Positions 35,501-48,299 of a stretch of DNA of 64,000 bases are shown here, piece after piece. A program made the position numbers and the translations under genes. The first letter of the stretch is position 1; every line of letters begins with the position of its first letter. This stretch comes from Macrostomum lignano (taxonomy: Eukaryota), in assembly GCA_002269645.1 (NCBI GenBank), contig NIVC01002090.1:10781-74780 (forward strand), given 5' to 3'. A model generated the notes under the pieces. The model made no database searches. It was given only the letters and a program-made list of their open reading frames with translations, and had not been told where the DNA came from.

Positions 35501-38500
35501 GTTTCTCAGTCAGTCAGTATCAGTTAACAATATGGTTACGCAATTTAAATCAAGTCTGGTGCTACGCTTCCACACTGAGTTACAATTCAGTTATGATGCA
35601 ATCTATTTCAGAATCAGAATTCAACCAGTCAGTTTTTTCTCTAGCATTCTTACAATGCATTTCAAGTCGAAAAGTTTGCTTGACCTTTGCAAAAAAGCAT
35701 GTTTTTCGAATATTTAATGCCTTTAGCATCGAGCAATTTCTTAGCCACGATGCATGTACCGTCACGGGAAAATTTGTTTCACATGACGCTTCTATGATTG
35801 TTTACTTGACGCTTCTATGATTGCTTACATGACGCTTCTATGATTTTTTACATAACGCTTCTATGATTGTTTACATGACGCTTCTACGATTTTTTACATG
35901 ACGCTTCTATGATTGTTTACATGACGCTTCTACGATTTTTTACATGACGCTTCTATGATTGTTTACATGACGCTTCTATGATTGTTTACATGACGCTTCT
36001 ATGATTGTTTACATGACGCTTCTATGATTTTTACATGACGCTTCTATGATTGTTTACATGACGCTTCTATGTTTGTTTACATGACGCTTCTATGATTGTT
36101 TACATGACACTTCTATGATTTTTTACATGACGCTTCTATGATTGTTTACATGACGCTTCTATGATTGTTTACATGACGCTTCTATGATTGTTTACATGAC
36201 GCTTCTATGATTTTTTACATGACGCTTCTATGACTTTTTAAATGACGCTTCTTTTTAAAAAGTCTTTTAGTTTTCCTGATGTTGAAAAGCTTTAATTAAA
36301 AAAATTATACTCTATGAAAATTCGAACCAATTCGAACCAAACTGCATTTAGCAGTTCAGTTTGTTCACCTCTAGGCTAGCTCTCATCGTTTTGATAACAT
36401 CAAATTTTTCACTTATATAATTCAACACTTTAAAATCCAAGCATAGAGTAAATTACACGAAGCAGTTATGACATAATCAGTTTCTCAGTCAGTCAGTATC
36501 AGTTAACAATATGGTTACGCAATTTAAATCAAGTCTGGTGCTACGCTTCCACACTGAGTTACAATTCAGTTATGATGCAATCTATTTCAGAATCAGAATT
36601 CAACCAGTCAGTTTTTTCTCTAGCATTCTTACAATGCATTTCAAGTCGAAAAGTTTGCTTGACCTTTGCAAAAAAGCATGTTTTTCGAATATTTAATGCC
36701 TTTAGCATCGAGCAATTTCTTAGCCACGATGCATGTACCGTCACGGGAAAATTTCTGATCGAACAGTGCAAGTTCGAACAAAATCGGTCCAGCCATTTTT
36801 TCTCTAATCGATCACATAGACACAGACAGACAATTTTTAGTATATACGAGTGGAACTCCTCCTTCGGAGGAGAAAGGGGAAGAACTCCCATCACCGGAAT
36901 TCTATTCCCTGAAATATCCATCAACTGAAATTCCATGTCTTTAACCCTATCTTCCAAATCGTCTCCAAATTCTTTACAAAATCTTTCAGAGACCATAGCT
37001 CAAAGACTCTCAAGTCTCTCATATCTCCTCTCTCCTCTCTCTCATCTCATCTCTACCCCTGCTCCCTTCTTTATCTCTTCTCCCTCGTCTTTCGTCTGTA
37101 CCTTCTCCTGTCTTCTGTCTCCTCTCTTCACTCTTATCTCTCCCTCTTCTCTCCTCTCTCATATGTCATCTCTACTCACTTATCTATCGTCTCTCTTAAC
37201 CCTCTCTCTCTCTTCTCTTTTCTCTTCTCTCTGCTCTCATTTCTCATATTTCATATACGCTCTGACACTACTTTCTTGTCTCCCATCTTTCTTCCTCCTT
37301 TTCACTATCCCCTGTCTCTTCTCTTCTCTCTTTTCTATTCTCTCCATTCTCTCTTTTCTCCTTTCCTTGCTCCTTTCATCTCTCTCCTCTCTCCTCACTC
37401 TCTTCTCCTTTCGCTTCTCTCTCCTCTCTCTCCTCTCATCTTTACTACCTTATTTATATCTTCTCCCTAGTCTTTCGTCTGTACTCTCTCCTGTCTCCTC
37501 TCTCCCCTCCTCTCTCATCCCTCATCTCCTCATCTCACTCTTTCTTTCTCCTCTACTCTCCCCTCTCTTCTATTGCCTCTGTACGCTCTTATCCCTCATC
37601 TATTCTCTCTCCTATCATCTCCAATCTGTCATGTCTAATCTCTCCACTCAATTATACTCTGTTTTCTATCATCTCTTCTCTCTTCTCTTTTCAGTCTTCT
37701 CTTTACTCTCTTCTCTGACTGATTGAAGATGCCAAATCCATCAAGATCCTCTCCGCGAAGCAGAAATCCTGTCCGTGCAACTGAAAACCATCGAAATCCT
37801 CTCCGTGAAACTGGACTCCTTCGAAATCCTCTCCTTGAAACTTAAATCCATCAAAATCGTCTCCATAAAACAGAAATCAATCATAACTTATCTCCGCGAA
37901 ACAGAAAGCCTCTCCGTGAAGCTGAACATGATCGAAATCCTCTCCGTGAAACTGAACACCATGGAAATCCTTTCGTGAAACTGAACATCATCGAAATCCT
38001 CTCCACGAAACAGAAATCTTCTCCGTCAGAATTTAAACATTGAAATCGTCTCCGCTAAACTTGACTTAATCGAATTTTTTCCGTCAAACAACTCAACTCG
38101 CCAGATTCATTAGGGTTAGGGTTAGGGTTAGGGTTAGGGTTAGAACTACGCACAGCTTCGTGTTAAAAGGCACAGATAAAAATATTGAACTAATTGTATC
38201 AATTCATTGCGCAACCGATTTCACAGTCAGTCAGTATCAGCCTCAGGTAAAGTTAACAAAAACATTGCGCAATCTAAATCGACCCTCCAATACACAGCAG
38301 CAGTGAGAAGTTGAACCCTCCCCCCAACAATCTTTGCAGATTAAAGTACAATCTTTGCAGAAAGTTAAAGCTGTGCTTTTTCTTTTCATATTTAAAGCAA
38401 ACAACTTATATCCCCGAACTCAGCGTTGCAAGATCTTGCCAGCAATATAAGTTTCTCCTCTCAAAGTTTAAAACTCGAGGAACAGTTAGCGTTTGAAACT

Positions 38501-41500
38501 GTCTGATTTATAGCATTGAAGTATCGAGTGTACGTTCACTGCCTGCTTGAAAGTTGATGCATTGAATTTCAATGTCCAACAAATACACAGGACTGCCCAT
38601 TGAAAGGCAGGAAAACTTATCAGTAGCCATATTATTGCGCAATTATCTATAAAGTCAGCCAGTGAGCCAGGGTCCAAGTGTACACACGCAGCCACTGAGA
38701 ACGCTCCCACCCCCCACTGGAAAGAAAATACACTACAGAGATAGGGAAAAGTTGTGGCGCAATCACTAAAAATTCATGCATTTTTCAGCTCCAAGCAGAA
38801 AGAGGGGACAATTAAGATTATTAAAGGTCAAGACCGCCGTTTTCTGCTTTTTTGAGGATCTTAGAAATTAAAATTTCAGAATTAAAATAGCCTATAGCCG
38901 ACCTCGGATAATTTCCAATCTTCCCATATAAGTTTCAACGCTGAGTTGGCACTATTCAAGGAGGAGTTGTCGAAATGACAGACAGACATACAGACAGACA
39001 TACAGACAGACAAACAACGCGTCAACTTTAGTATATACGAGGCCAACTCCTCCTTCGGAGAAGAAAGGGGAAGAACTCCAATCAGCGGAATTCCATTCCC
39101 TGAACTCCATCAGCGGAATCCCATTTTCCAACACCTCTCCGCGCAACAGAAATCGTCTCCGTGAAACTGAACACTATCGAAATCCTCTCCGTGAAACTGA
39201 ACACCATCGAAATATTCTCCGCGAAATAGAAATCCTCTCCGTGAAACTGGACTAAATCGAAATTTCTACGTCAAACAGCCCAGCTCTCAGAATTCATTGG
39301 TTAGGGTTAGGGTTAGAGCTACACACAGCTGCGTGTTGAAAGGCGCCGTAAAAACATTGAACCAATTAAATTGCGCAACTTATTTCTCAGGCAGTCAGTA
39401 TCAGCCTCAGTTAAAGTTAACAAAAAGATTGCGCAATCTAAATCAACCCTCAAATACACAGCAACCGACCCCCCTTCCAATACGCAGTGCAGCTAGAAAT
39501 TGAACCCCCCCCACCAACTATTGGGGGGTCGGTCGAACCCCCATTGAACTCCAAAATGAGCACAATCTTTGCAGAAAGCTTAAAGTATGAAAATCTTTTC
39601 TTGAATGCTGTGAATTTAATTTTCATATTTAAAGCAAAAAACTTATATCCCCGAACTCATCGCAGCAAGATCTTTCCAGCAATATAAGTCTCTCCTCTCT
39701 AAGTTCAAAACTCGAGCAACAGTTAGTGTTTGAAACTTTCTGATTTTAAGCATTGAAATATCGAGTGTACCTTCACTGCCTGCTAAAGATGCTCGCGAGT
39801 TTATGCATTAAAATGCACTGAATTTCACTGTGCAAAAAATACACAGGGCTTCCTGTTAAAAAACAGAACACAAATAGTTGCGCAATTGTCTATAAAGTCA
39901 GCCAGTGAGCCAGGGTCCAATTGTACACACGCCGCCAATGAGAACGCGCCCATTCCCCCACAGGAGAGAAAATGCACTGGCGACATAGGAAAAAGTTGTG
40001 GCGTAATCACTCAAAATTTATGCAAATTTTCAGCTCCGAGCAGAAAAAGTGTCCAGAGAAGGTTAGGAAATCAGATTTCTGCTTTTTTAGGGATCTTAAA
40101 ATTAAAAAATGAAAGATTAAAACAGCCTAAAGCCGATTCCGGAAAATTTGCAGTATTCCCATATAAGTTTCAACGCTGAGTTGCACGTAGTCTAGGAGGA
40201 GATATCCTACAAACAAACAGACAAACAAACAAACAAACAACGCACCAACTTTAGTATTAAAATATTCTCCGCGAAATAGAAATCCTCTCCGTGAAACTGG
40301 ACTAAATCGAAATTTCTACGTCAAATAGCCCAGCTCTCAGAATTCATTGGTTAGGGTTAGGGTTAGGGTTGACAGCTGCGTGTTGAAAGGCGCCGTAAAA
40401 ACATTGAACCAATTAAATTGCGCAACTTATTTCTCAGGCAGTCAGTATCAGCCTCAGTTAAAGTTAACAAAAAGATTGCGCAATCTAAATCAACCCTCAA
40501 ATACACAGCAACCGACCCCCCTTCCAATACGCAGTGCAGCTAGAAATTGAACTCCCCCCACCAACTATTGGGGGTCGGTCGAACCCCCATAGAACTCCAA
40601 AATGAGCACAATCTTTGCAGAAAGCTAAAAGTATGAAAATCTTTTCTTGAATGCTGTGAATTTAATTTTCATATTTAAAGCAAAAAACTTATATCCCCGA
40701 ACTCATTGCAGCAAGATCTTTCCAGCAATATAAGTCTCTCCTCTCTAAGTTCAAAACTCGAGCAACAGTTAGTGTTTGAAACTTTCTGATTTTAAGCATT
40801 GAAATATCGAGTGTACGTTCACTGCCTGCTAAAGATGCTCGCAAGTTTATGCATTAAAATGCACTGAATTTCACTGTGCAAAAAATACACAGGGCTTCCT
40901 GTTAAAAAACAGAACACAAATAGTTGCGCAATTGTCTATAAAGTCAGTCAGTGAGCCAGGGTTCAAGTGTACACACGCAGCCACTGAGAACGCGACCATC
41001 CCCCCACTTGAGAGAAAATACACTGCCAAGATAGAAAAATTTTATGGCGCAATCACTAAAATTGATACAAATTTTCAGCTCCAAGCAGAAAGAGGGGACA
41101 ATTAAGATTATCAAAGGTCAAGACCGCCATTTTCTGCTTTTTTAGGGATCTTAAAAATTGAAAATGAAAGATTAAAATAGCCTAAAGCCATCCTCGGAAA
41201 ATTTGCAGTTTTCCCATATAAGTTTCAACGCTGACTTGCAAGTATTCTAGGAGGAGTTATCCAACAAACACACACACACACAGACAAACAACGCACCAAC
41301 TTTAGTATTAACGAGGCCAACTCCTCCTCTGGAGGAGAAAGGGGAAGAATTCCCATCACCGGTACTCCATTCCCTGAAATGCCATTCCCTGAATCCCATC
41401 ATCCAACTCCTCTCCGCGAAACTGAACATCATCGAAATCTTCTCCGTAAAAGAGAACTCCATCAAACACCTCTCCGTGAAACTGACATTCATCAAAATCC

Positions 41501-44500
41501 CCTCCGAGAAATAGAAATCCTCTCCACCAAACAGAAATCCTCTCCGTCAAAATTAAAACATTGAAATCGTCTCCGCTAAACTGGACTCAATCGATTTTTT
41601 CCGTCAAACAACTCAACTCTCCAGATTCATTGGTTAGGGTTAGGGTTAGGGTTAGGGTTAGAACTACGCACAGCTTCGTGTTAAAAGGCACTGATAAAAA
41701 TATTGAACTAATTGAATCAATTCATTGCGCAACCGATTTCTCAGTCAGTCAGTATCAGTCTCAGTTAAAGTTAACAAAAACATTGCGCAATCTAAATCAA
41801 CCCTCCAATACACAGCAGCAGTGAGAAGTTGAACCCTCCCCCCCAACTTTATCTATTACGTCTCGCAAAACTGAGAACAATTTTTGCAGAAAATTAAAAG
41901 CATGGAAATAGTTTTTTTTAAATGCTGTGCTTTTTCTTTTCATATTTAAAGATAACAAATTATATCCCCGAACTCAGCGTTGCAAGATCTTTCCAGCAAT
42001 ATAAGTTTCTCCTATCAAAGTTAGAAACTCGAGCAACAGTTTGCGTTTGAAACTTTCTGATTTAAAGCATTGAAATATCGAGTGTACGTTCACTGCCTGC
42101 TAAAGAGGCTCGCAAGTTTATGCATTGAATTTCAATGTCCAAAACTTCACAGGGCAGCCTATTGAAAGGCACAGATAATAAAACAAATTGATGGCGCAAC
42201 CGATTTCACAGTCAGTCAGTATCAGTCTCAGTTCAAGTTAACAAAAAGTTTGCGCAATCTAAATCAACCCTCCAGTACACAGCGCCCGACCCCCTTCCAC
42301 TACGCAGTGGCAGTTAGAAATTGAACCCCCAACTGTTGGGGGTCGGTCGAACGCCCATTGAACCCCAAAATGAGTACAATCTTTGCAGAAAGCTAAAAGT
42401 CTGGAAATAGTTTTTTTGATGCTGTGCTTTTAGTTTTTCTATTTAAAGCAAACAATTTATATCCTCGAACTCAGTGTTGCAAGATCTATTCAGCAGTATA
42501 AGTCTCTTCTCTTAACATTTAGAACTCGAAGAGCAGTTAGCGTTTGAAACTGTCTGATTTATAGCATTGAAGTATCGAGTGTACGTTAACTACCTGCTTG
42601 CTAGCTGATGCATTGAATTTCAATGTCCAACAAATACACAGGGCTGCCCATTGAGAGGCAAGAAAACTTATCAGTAGCCAAATCATTGCGCAATTATCTA
42701 TACAGTCAGCCAGTGAGCCAGGGTCCAAGTGTACACACGCCGCCACTGAGAACGCCCCCATCCCCCACTGGAGAGAAAATACACTGCCGAGATAGGAAAA
42801 AGTTGTTGCGTAATCACTCAAAATTCATGCAAATTTTCAGCTCCGAGCGGAAAGAGAGGACAATTAAGATTATCAAAGGTCAGAATTGCCGTTTTCTGCT
42901 TTTTTAGGGATCTTAAAATGTAAAAATAAAAGATTAAAATAGCCTAAAGCCATCCTCGGAAAATTTGCAGTTTTCCCACATAAGTTTCAACGCTGACTTG
43001 CAAGTATTCTAGGAGGAGATATCCAACAAACACACACACACACAGACAAACAACGCACCAGTTTTAGTATTAACGAGAGAAGAGAAGAAAGAAAGACGAG
43101 TGGAACTCCTCCTTCGGAGGAGAAAGGGGAAGAACTCCCATCACCGGAATTCCATTCCCTGAAATATCCATCAACTGAAATTCCATGTCTTGAACCCTAT
43201 CTTCCAAATCGTCTCCAAATTCTTTACAAAACCTTTCAAAGACCATAGCTCAAAGACTTTCACGTCTCTCATATTTCCTCTCTCCTCTCTTTGCAATTTT
43301 CGTGACTCTACTCTCTCTCCTCTCTCTCATCTCATCTCTACCCGTACTCCCTTATTTATGTTTTCTCCCTCATCTTTCGTCTGTACCTTCTCTTGTCTCT
43401 TGTCTCCTCTCTTCTCTCATATCTCTCCTCTTCACTTCTGTCTCCTGTCTCCTCTCTTCTCTCTTATCTCTCCCTCTTCTCTCCTCTCTCATATGTCATC
43501 TCTACTCACTTATCTATCGTATCTCTTAACCCTCTCTCTCTCTTCTCTTTTCTCTTCTCTCTGCTCTCATTTCTCATATCTCATATACGCTCTCACACTC
43601 TACTTTCTTGTCTCCCATCTTTCTTTCCTCCTTTCCACTATCCCCTGTCTCTTCTCTTCTCTCTTTTCTGTCCTCTCCATTCTCTCTTTTCTCCTCTCCT
43701 TGCTCCTTTCTTCTTCTCCCTCTCTTCTCTAATGTCCTATCTCTTCTCTCTTATGTTCTCACTCATCTCTTCTCATTGCATCTCTCATCTCTCCTCTCCT
43801 CACTACTTTCCTCTCTACACTCTCTCATCTCTGATCTTTCATCTCTCTCCTCTCTCCTCTCTCCTCCCATCTCTACTACCTTATTTATATCTTCTTGGTC
43901 TTTCGTCTCTACTCTCTCCTGTCTCCTTTCTCCCGTCTTTTCTCCTCTCTTCTCTCTCCCCTCCTCTCTCATCTGGACTCATCTGAAACTGGACTCCTTC
44001 GAAATCCTCTCCGTGAAACTGAGGACCATCGAAATCCTCTCCGTGAAACTGAAAACCATCGAAATTCTTTCTTTTAAACTGAACTCAATCGAAATTTTCT
44101 CCGTCAAAAAGAATAAATATCAGGATTCATTGGTTAGGGTTATTGTTAGGGTTAGGGTTAGGGTTAGAGCTACACACAGCTGCGTGTTCAAATAAAAAAT
44201 GAACCAATTGAATCAATTGATTGCGCAACCGATTTCACAGTCAGTCAGTATCAGTCTCAGTTAAAATTAACAAAAAGATTGCGCAATTTAAATCAACCCT
44301 CCTGTACACAGAGACCGACCCCTTTTCAATACGCAGTAGCAGTTAGAAATTGAACCCCCATCTGTTGGGGGCATTGAACCAAAAAATGAGTACAATCTTT
44401 GCATAAAGCTAAAAGTATGGAAATAGTTTTTTTGATGCTGCTCTTTTAGTCTTTATATTTATAGCAAACAATTTATATCCTCGAACTCAGCGTTGCAAGA

Positions 44501-46168
44501 TCTTTTCAGCAGTATAAGTATCTTCTCTTAAAGTTTAGAACTCGAAGAGCAGTTAGCGTTTGAAAGTTCCCGTTTTAAGGCATTGAAATATCGCGTGTAC
44601 GTTCACTGCCTGCCAAAGAGGCTCGCAAATTTATTCATTCATTACACAGGCTGGCTATTACACAGGGCAGCCTATTGAAAGGCACAGATAATTAAAAAAA
44701 TTGATGGCGCAACCGATTTCACAGTCAGTCAGTATCAGTCTCAGTTAAAGTTAAGAAAAACATTGCGCAATCTAAATCAACCCTCCAATACACAGCAGCA
44801 GTAAGAAGTTGAACCCTCCCCCCAACTTTATCTGTTACGTCTCGCAAAACTGAGTACAATTTTTGCAGAAAGTTAAAAGTATGGAAATAGTTTTTTCAAT
44901 GCTGTGCTTTTTCTTTTCATATTTAAAGCAAACAATTTATATCCCTGAAATCAGCTTTGCAAGTTCTTTCCAGCAATATTAATTTTTTCTCTCAAAGTTA
45001 AAAACTCGAGCAACAGTTTGCGTTTGAAACTTTCTGATTTAAAGCATTGAAATATCAATTGTACGTTCACTGCCTGCTAAAGAGGCCCGCAAGTTGATGC
45101 ATTGAATTTCAATGTCCAACAAATACACAGGACTGCCCATTGAAAGGCAGGAAAACTTATCAGTAGCCATATCATTGCGCAATTATCTATAAAGTCAGCC
45201 AGTGAGCCAGGGTCCAAGTGTACACACGCAGCCACTGAGAACGCTCCCACCCCCCACTGGAAAGAAAATACACTACAGAGATAGGGAAAAGTTGTGGCGC
45301 AATCACTAAAAATTCATGCATTTTTCAGCTCCAAGCAGAAAGAGGGGACAATTAAGATTATTAAAGGTCAAGACCGCCGTTTTCTGCTTTTTTGAGGATC
45401 TTAGAAATTAAAATTTCAGAATTAAAATAGCCTATAGCCGACCTCGGATAATTTCCAATCTTCCCATATAAGTTTCAACGCTGAGTTGCCACTATTCAAG
45501 GAGGAGTTGTCGAAATGACAGACACACAGACAGACAGACAGACAGACAAACAACGCGTCAACTTTAGTATATATAGATAGATAGATAGATAGAGGATCTA
45601 AAAATTCGAACCATCGTCCCTGCATTTAGCAGTCAGTCTGTTTACCTCTAGGCTAGCTCTCATCGTTTTGATAATATGAATTTTAGCACTTATAATTATA
45701 AGTTTCAAAACTCCAAGCATGGAGTAAATCACACGAGGCAGTTATGACATAATCAATTTCTCAGTCAGTCAGTATCAGTTAACAATATGGTTACGCAATC
45801 TAAATCACGTCTGGTGTTTCGCTTCCACACTGCATTTTCAATACTGTGACGCAATTCAAGTCGGAGTTACAATTCAGTTATGATGCAATCTATTTTAGAA
45901 TCAGAATTCAACCAGTCAATTTTTTTCTAGCATTCTTACAATGCATTTCAAGTCGAAAAGTTTGCTTGACCTTTGCAAAAAAGCATGTTTTTCGAGTATT
46001 TAATGCCTTTAGCATCGAGCAATTTCTTAGCCAAGACACATGTACCGTCACGGGAAAATTTCTGATCGAACAGTGCAAGTCTCATGAAAATCGGTTAAGC
46101 CATTTTTTCTCTAATCGATTACAAGCAAGCAAGCAAGCAAGCAAGATTTTCATTTTTAGTATATAGGA
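32519..46168 (-). mobile_element. Composite Helitron unit 3 (13,650 bp): near-identical to unit 2 plus one extra family-B copy
   Basis: ORF-track entries recur at an offset of about 11,880-11,884 up to about 41310 and about 13,654 afterwards; extra segment at about 41312-43072. Confidence 0.8.
36847..45596 (-). mobile_element. Second train of family B elements (B1' 36847, B2' 39038, B3' 40260, extra B5 41312-43072, B4' 43097-45596)
   Basis: Same termini and modules as 24964-31942; B5 has the hairpin variant CTCCTCC-TCT-GGAGGAG. Confidence 0.7.
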
Positions 46169-46323
46169 TTCAATTATTATTAAGTAGTTTTTACTGAACT
46201 TCGAGTACCTCAAATGTAATACAATATAATAGGCTCATCCGTAAGGTTTTTATTGAGCAATTAATCAAGCTTAAATTAGTTGACCTCAGTTGACCCTAAA
46301 CTCCGTATTCCTATCTTCTTTAG

Positions 46324-46902
46324 ACGAGCGGCATCCGAGCGCTCTGCCCAGTCCGTACACCAAGTCTATTCACCGGCGCGCTGGCTACTCGCCTTCGCCT
46401 TCGCCGCCGCCGCCGCCGCCACCACCACCGCCGCCAACGCAGTTGCAGCTAATTGACGATGAAGCTCCCAGTTTCATGCCGACATCCAGCACCACGGACT
46501 CGGGCTTCCCGACGGCCGAACTGGACCAGCTGGACGCCGGCTCTGATGGCGGCCGGTCGTGCACTCCGGTGTCCTCCGCTGCTACTGCCGCTACTACTGC
46601 CGATAGCACTACTGATAGTAGAGCGGAGCGGACTCGATTAGTCAATAGTTTTCCTATTTCTTCGCCGCCAATTCGCGAGACCGATCTGCTTAGCGAAGCT
46701 GGCGCTGACTCTGTCACTGCGGCTACTAATGGCAACAGTTCCAGTAACCATGGCAACTACAGCGACGCCGATAATCAACAACAAATCATGCTGTCGGCTC
46801 GTTGCGCCGCATTGGAACGCGAAGCCGAGTATTATAAACAGCAGCAGGGCACCACAATGGAAGAGTTGGACAAGTCTGACCGGCTTAACGATCGGCTTAA
46901 AG
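46324..46902 (+). CDS. dlg5: DLG5-like exon (DERHPSALPSPY...poly-Pro...ALEREAEYYKQQQGTTMEELDKSDRLNDRLK)
   Basis: cttctttag| acceptor and G|GTGAGC donor, both phase 1; inside ORF 46290..46925. Its coiled coil continues into the exon at 59522 (RLK-AEIAFLRAQ). Confidence 0.75.
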
Positions 46903-46943
46903 GTGAGCGAGCTCTAGTGCTCTAATTGTGATAATAAGGAAAT

Positions 46944-47475
46944 CGTATGCACTCGTATGACCAATGATAGATCTTATGCACTCGTATGACCAATGATAGA
47001 CCATATACACTCGTATGACCAATGGTAGACCATATGCAGTCGTATGACTATTGATAGATTATATACGCTTCTATGACCAAGGCTAGATCATAAACACTCC
47101 CATGACCAATGGTAGATCATATACGTTCCTATGACCAATGATAGACCATATACACTCGTATGACCAATCATAAATCTTATACACTCGTATGACCAATCAT
47201 AACCTTATACAATCGTATGACCGATCATAAATCTTATACACTCGTAGACCAATGATAGATCATACACACTCCTATGACCAATGATAGATCATATACGCTC
47301 CTATGACCAATGATAGATCATATACGCTCCTATGACCAAGAATGACGTAGACCGTAGATCGTATACGCTTCTATGACCTATGATGGATAAAATACGCTCC
47401 TATGACCAATGATACATCATATACACTCCTATGTCCAAGGCTATGATCATATACGAGCGTATACTCGCATGACCT
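46944..47475 (+). repeat. About 29-bp minisatellite (CACTCGTATGACCAATGATAGACCATATA)n
   Basis: Degenerate tandem periodicity. Confidence 0.85.
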
Positions 47476-47799
47476 AAGATGACACTCCCAAAAAATCGAA
47501 TGTAAAAGAAGGCTCATAGGTTGCTGAAAGGTTCTTTTAAGCTACTTAGTTAAGATTTAAAAAATGAAAAAAACTCTTTACACTCGTAGCAGTCGATACG
47601 TGACACGATTTTTTTCTACTACTCTTAGAATCGTCTGGAAATTCTCTTTCTCTCTTCTCTCTCTGATATCCGTGATATTATGTCATCTTTTTACAATAAC
47701 AAGCCCAGCCAGAACCCTCTGTAAACCTGTTGCTGTCATTTCCAATTAGAATAGAGCCAGAGAGTCAATAACAACATGCGAAATTAATATTCAACATTA

Positions 47800-48165
47800 T
47801 CTGGGTATTAGTAACAAGGAGATTTTCCAATAATCTATGAGAAAATGTTGCAAGATATGAAACCCGATCCTACTTGCTCAGGTGTATGGAATATTCCATT
47901 AGATTTTGCTACCGTTGTTTAAAGATATGCTTGGCTCAGGACGGGAGGCATACCTGTCTATATATGAGTATGTAGCCTTCACCTGTTGGATGAAAGGTAG
48001 GCTCCTCAGAATCCGGTTGACCAGCTGGGACACTGCAGCTAAGGTAAGGTAGCTGTCACACCTGTCCTGCCTTCTCTCATTAATATTTTCACTGCGATGC
48101 CTTGTTATTAAAAGCTGGCTGGCTTTGGATAATATGAGTCGCTGATATAATGTGAGCTGATGCAT
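47800..48165 (-). mobile_element. Possible decayed LINE RT C-terminal fragment
   Basis: ORF 47899..48165 contains LLITRHR and VNRILRSL...VKATYSYIDRYAS, loosely like ITRKR and ANR.LG.L...VK..Y..LVRP.LEYAS; spacing is shorter than expected. Confidence 0.2.
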
Positions 48166-48299
48166 GGCCAGCCAGTGATGGGGCTGAGCATCTCAAAATC
48201 CATCAATTCGCTTTCACTCGGCGATATCAGAGCCTGTTTTGGGCGAGGGGGGTCTTTTTTGGCGAACCCATTGCTTTAAGAAGGAATCGTCTCGGGTCC

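Larger units (their letters stand above)
17142..46168 (-). mobile_element. 29-kb head-to-tail concatemer of non-autonomous Helitron-like elements (three units)
   Basis: Minus strand reads A|TCCTATATACTA... at 46168 and ...GCTCCCCAACGGGGGGC-8 nt-CTAG|T at 17142, with no TSD and an AT target. Internal junctions read CTAG|TC at 20638/20639 and 32518/32519. Confidence 0.85.

Noticed and set aside
17365-44167. True chromosome end or telomere fusion
   Set aside because: Tracts are only 3-7 hexamers, lie at fixed positions within repeated elements, and sit inside an intron.
25052-44195. Leu/Ser-rich ORFs of 180-267 aa resembling membrane proteins
   Set aside because: Products of CT-rich low-complexity DNA, open in several frames at once.
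17142-46168. Autonomous Helitron or captured gene within the array
   Set aside because: No long ORF and no HUH/Y2 Rep or PIF1 helicase motifs; the recurrent 60-145-aa ORFs are just repeated non-coding sequence.
20639-46168. Units 2 and 3 as a pure assembly duplication
   Set aside because: They differ by a 1.77-kb extra module, a different spacer before B4, and clustered substitutions (about 25870-25990 vs 37750-37890). Not fully excluded without spanning reads, since two haplotypes could have been joined.
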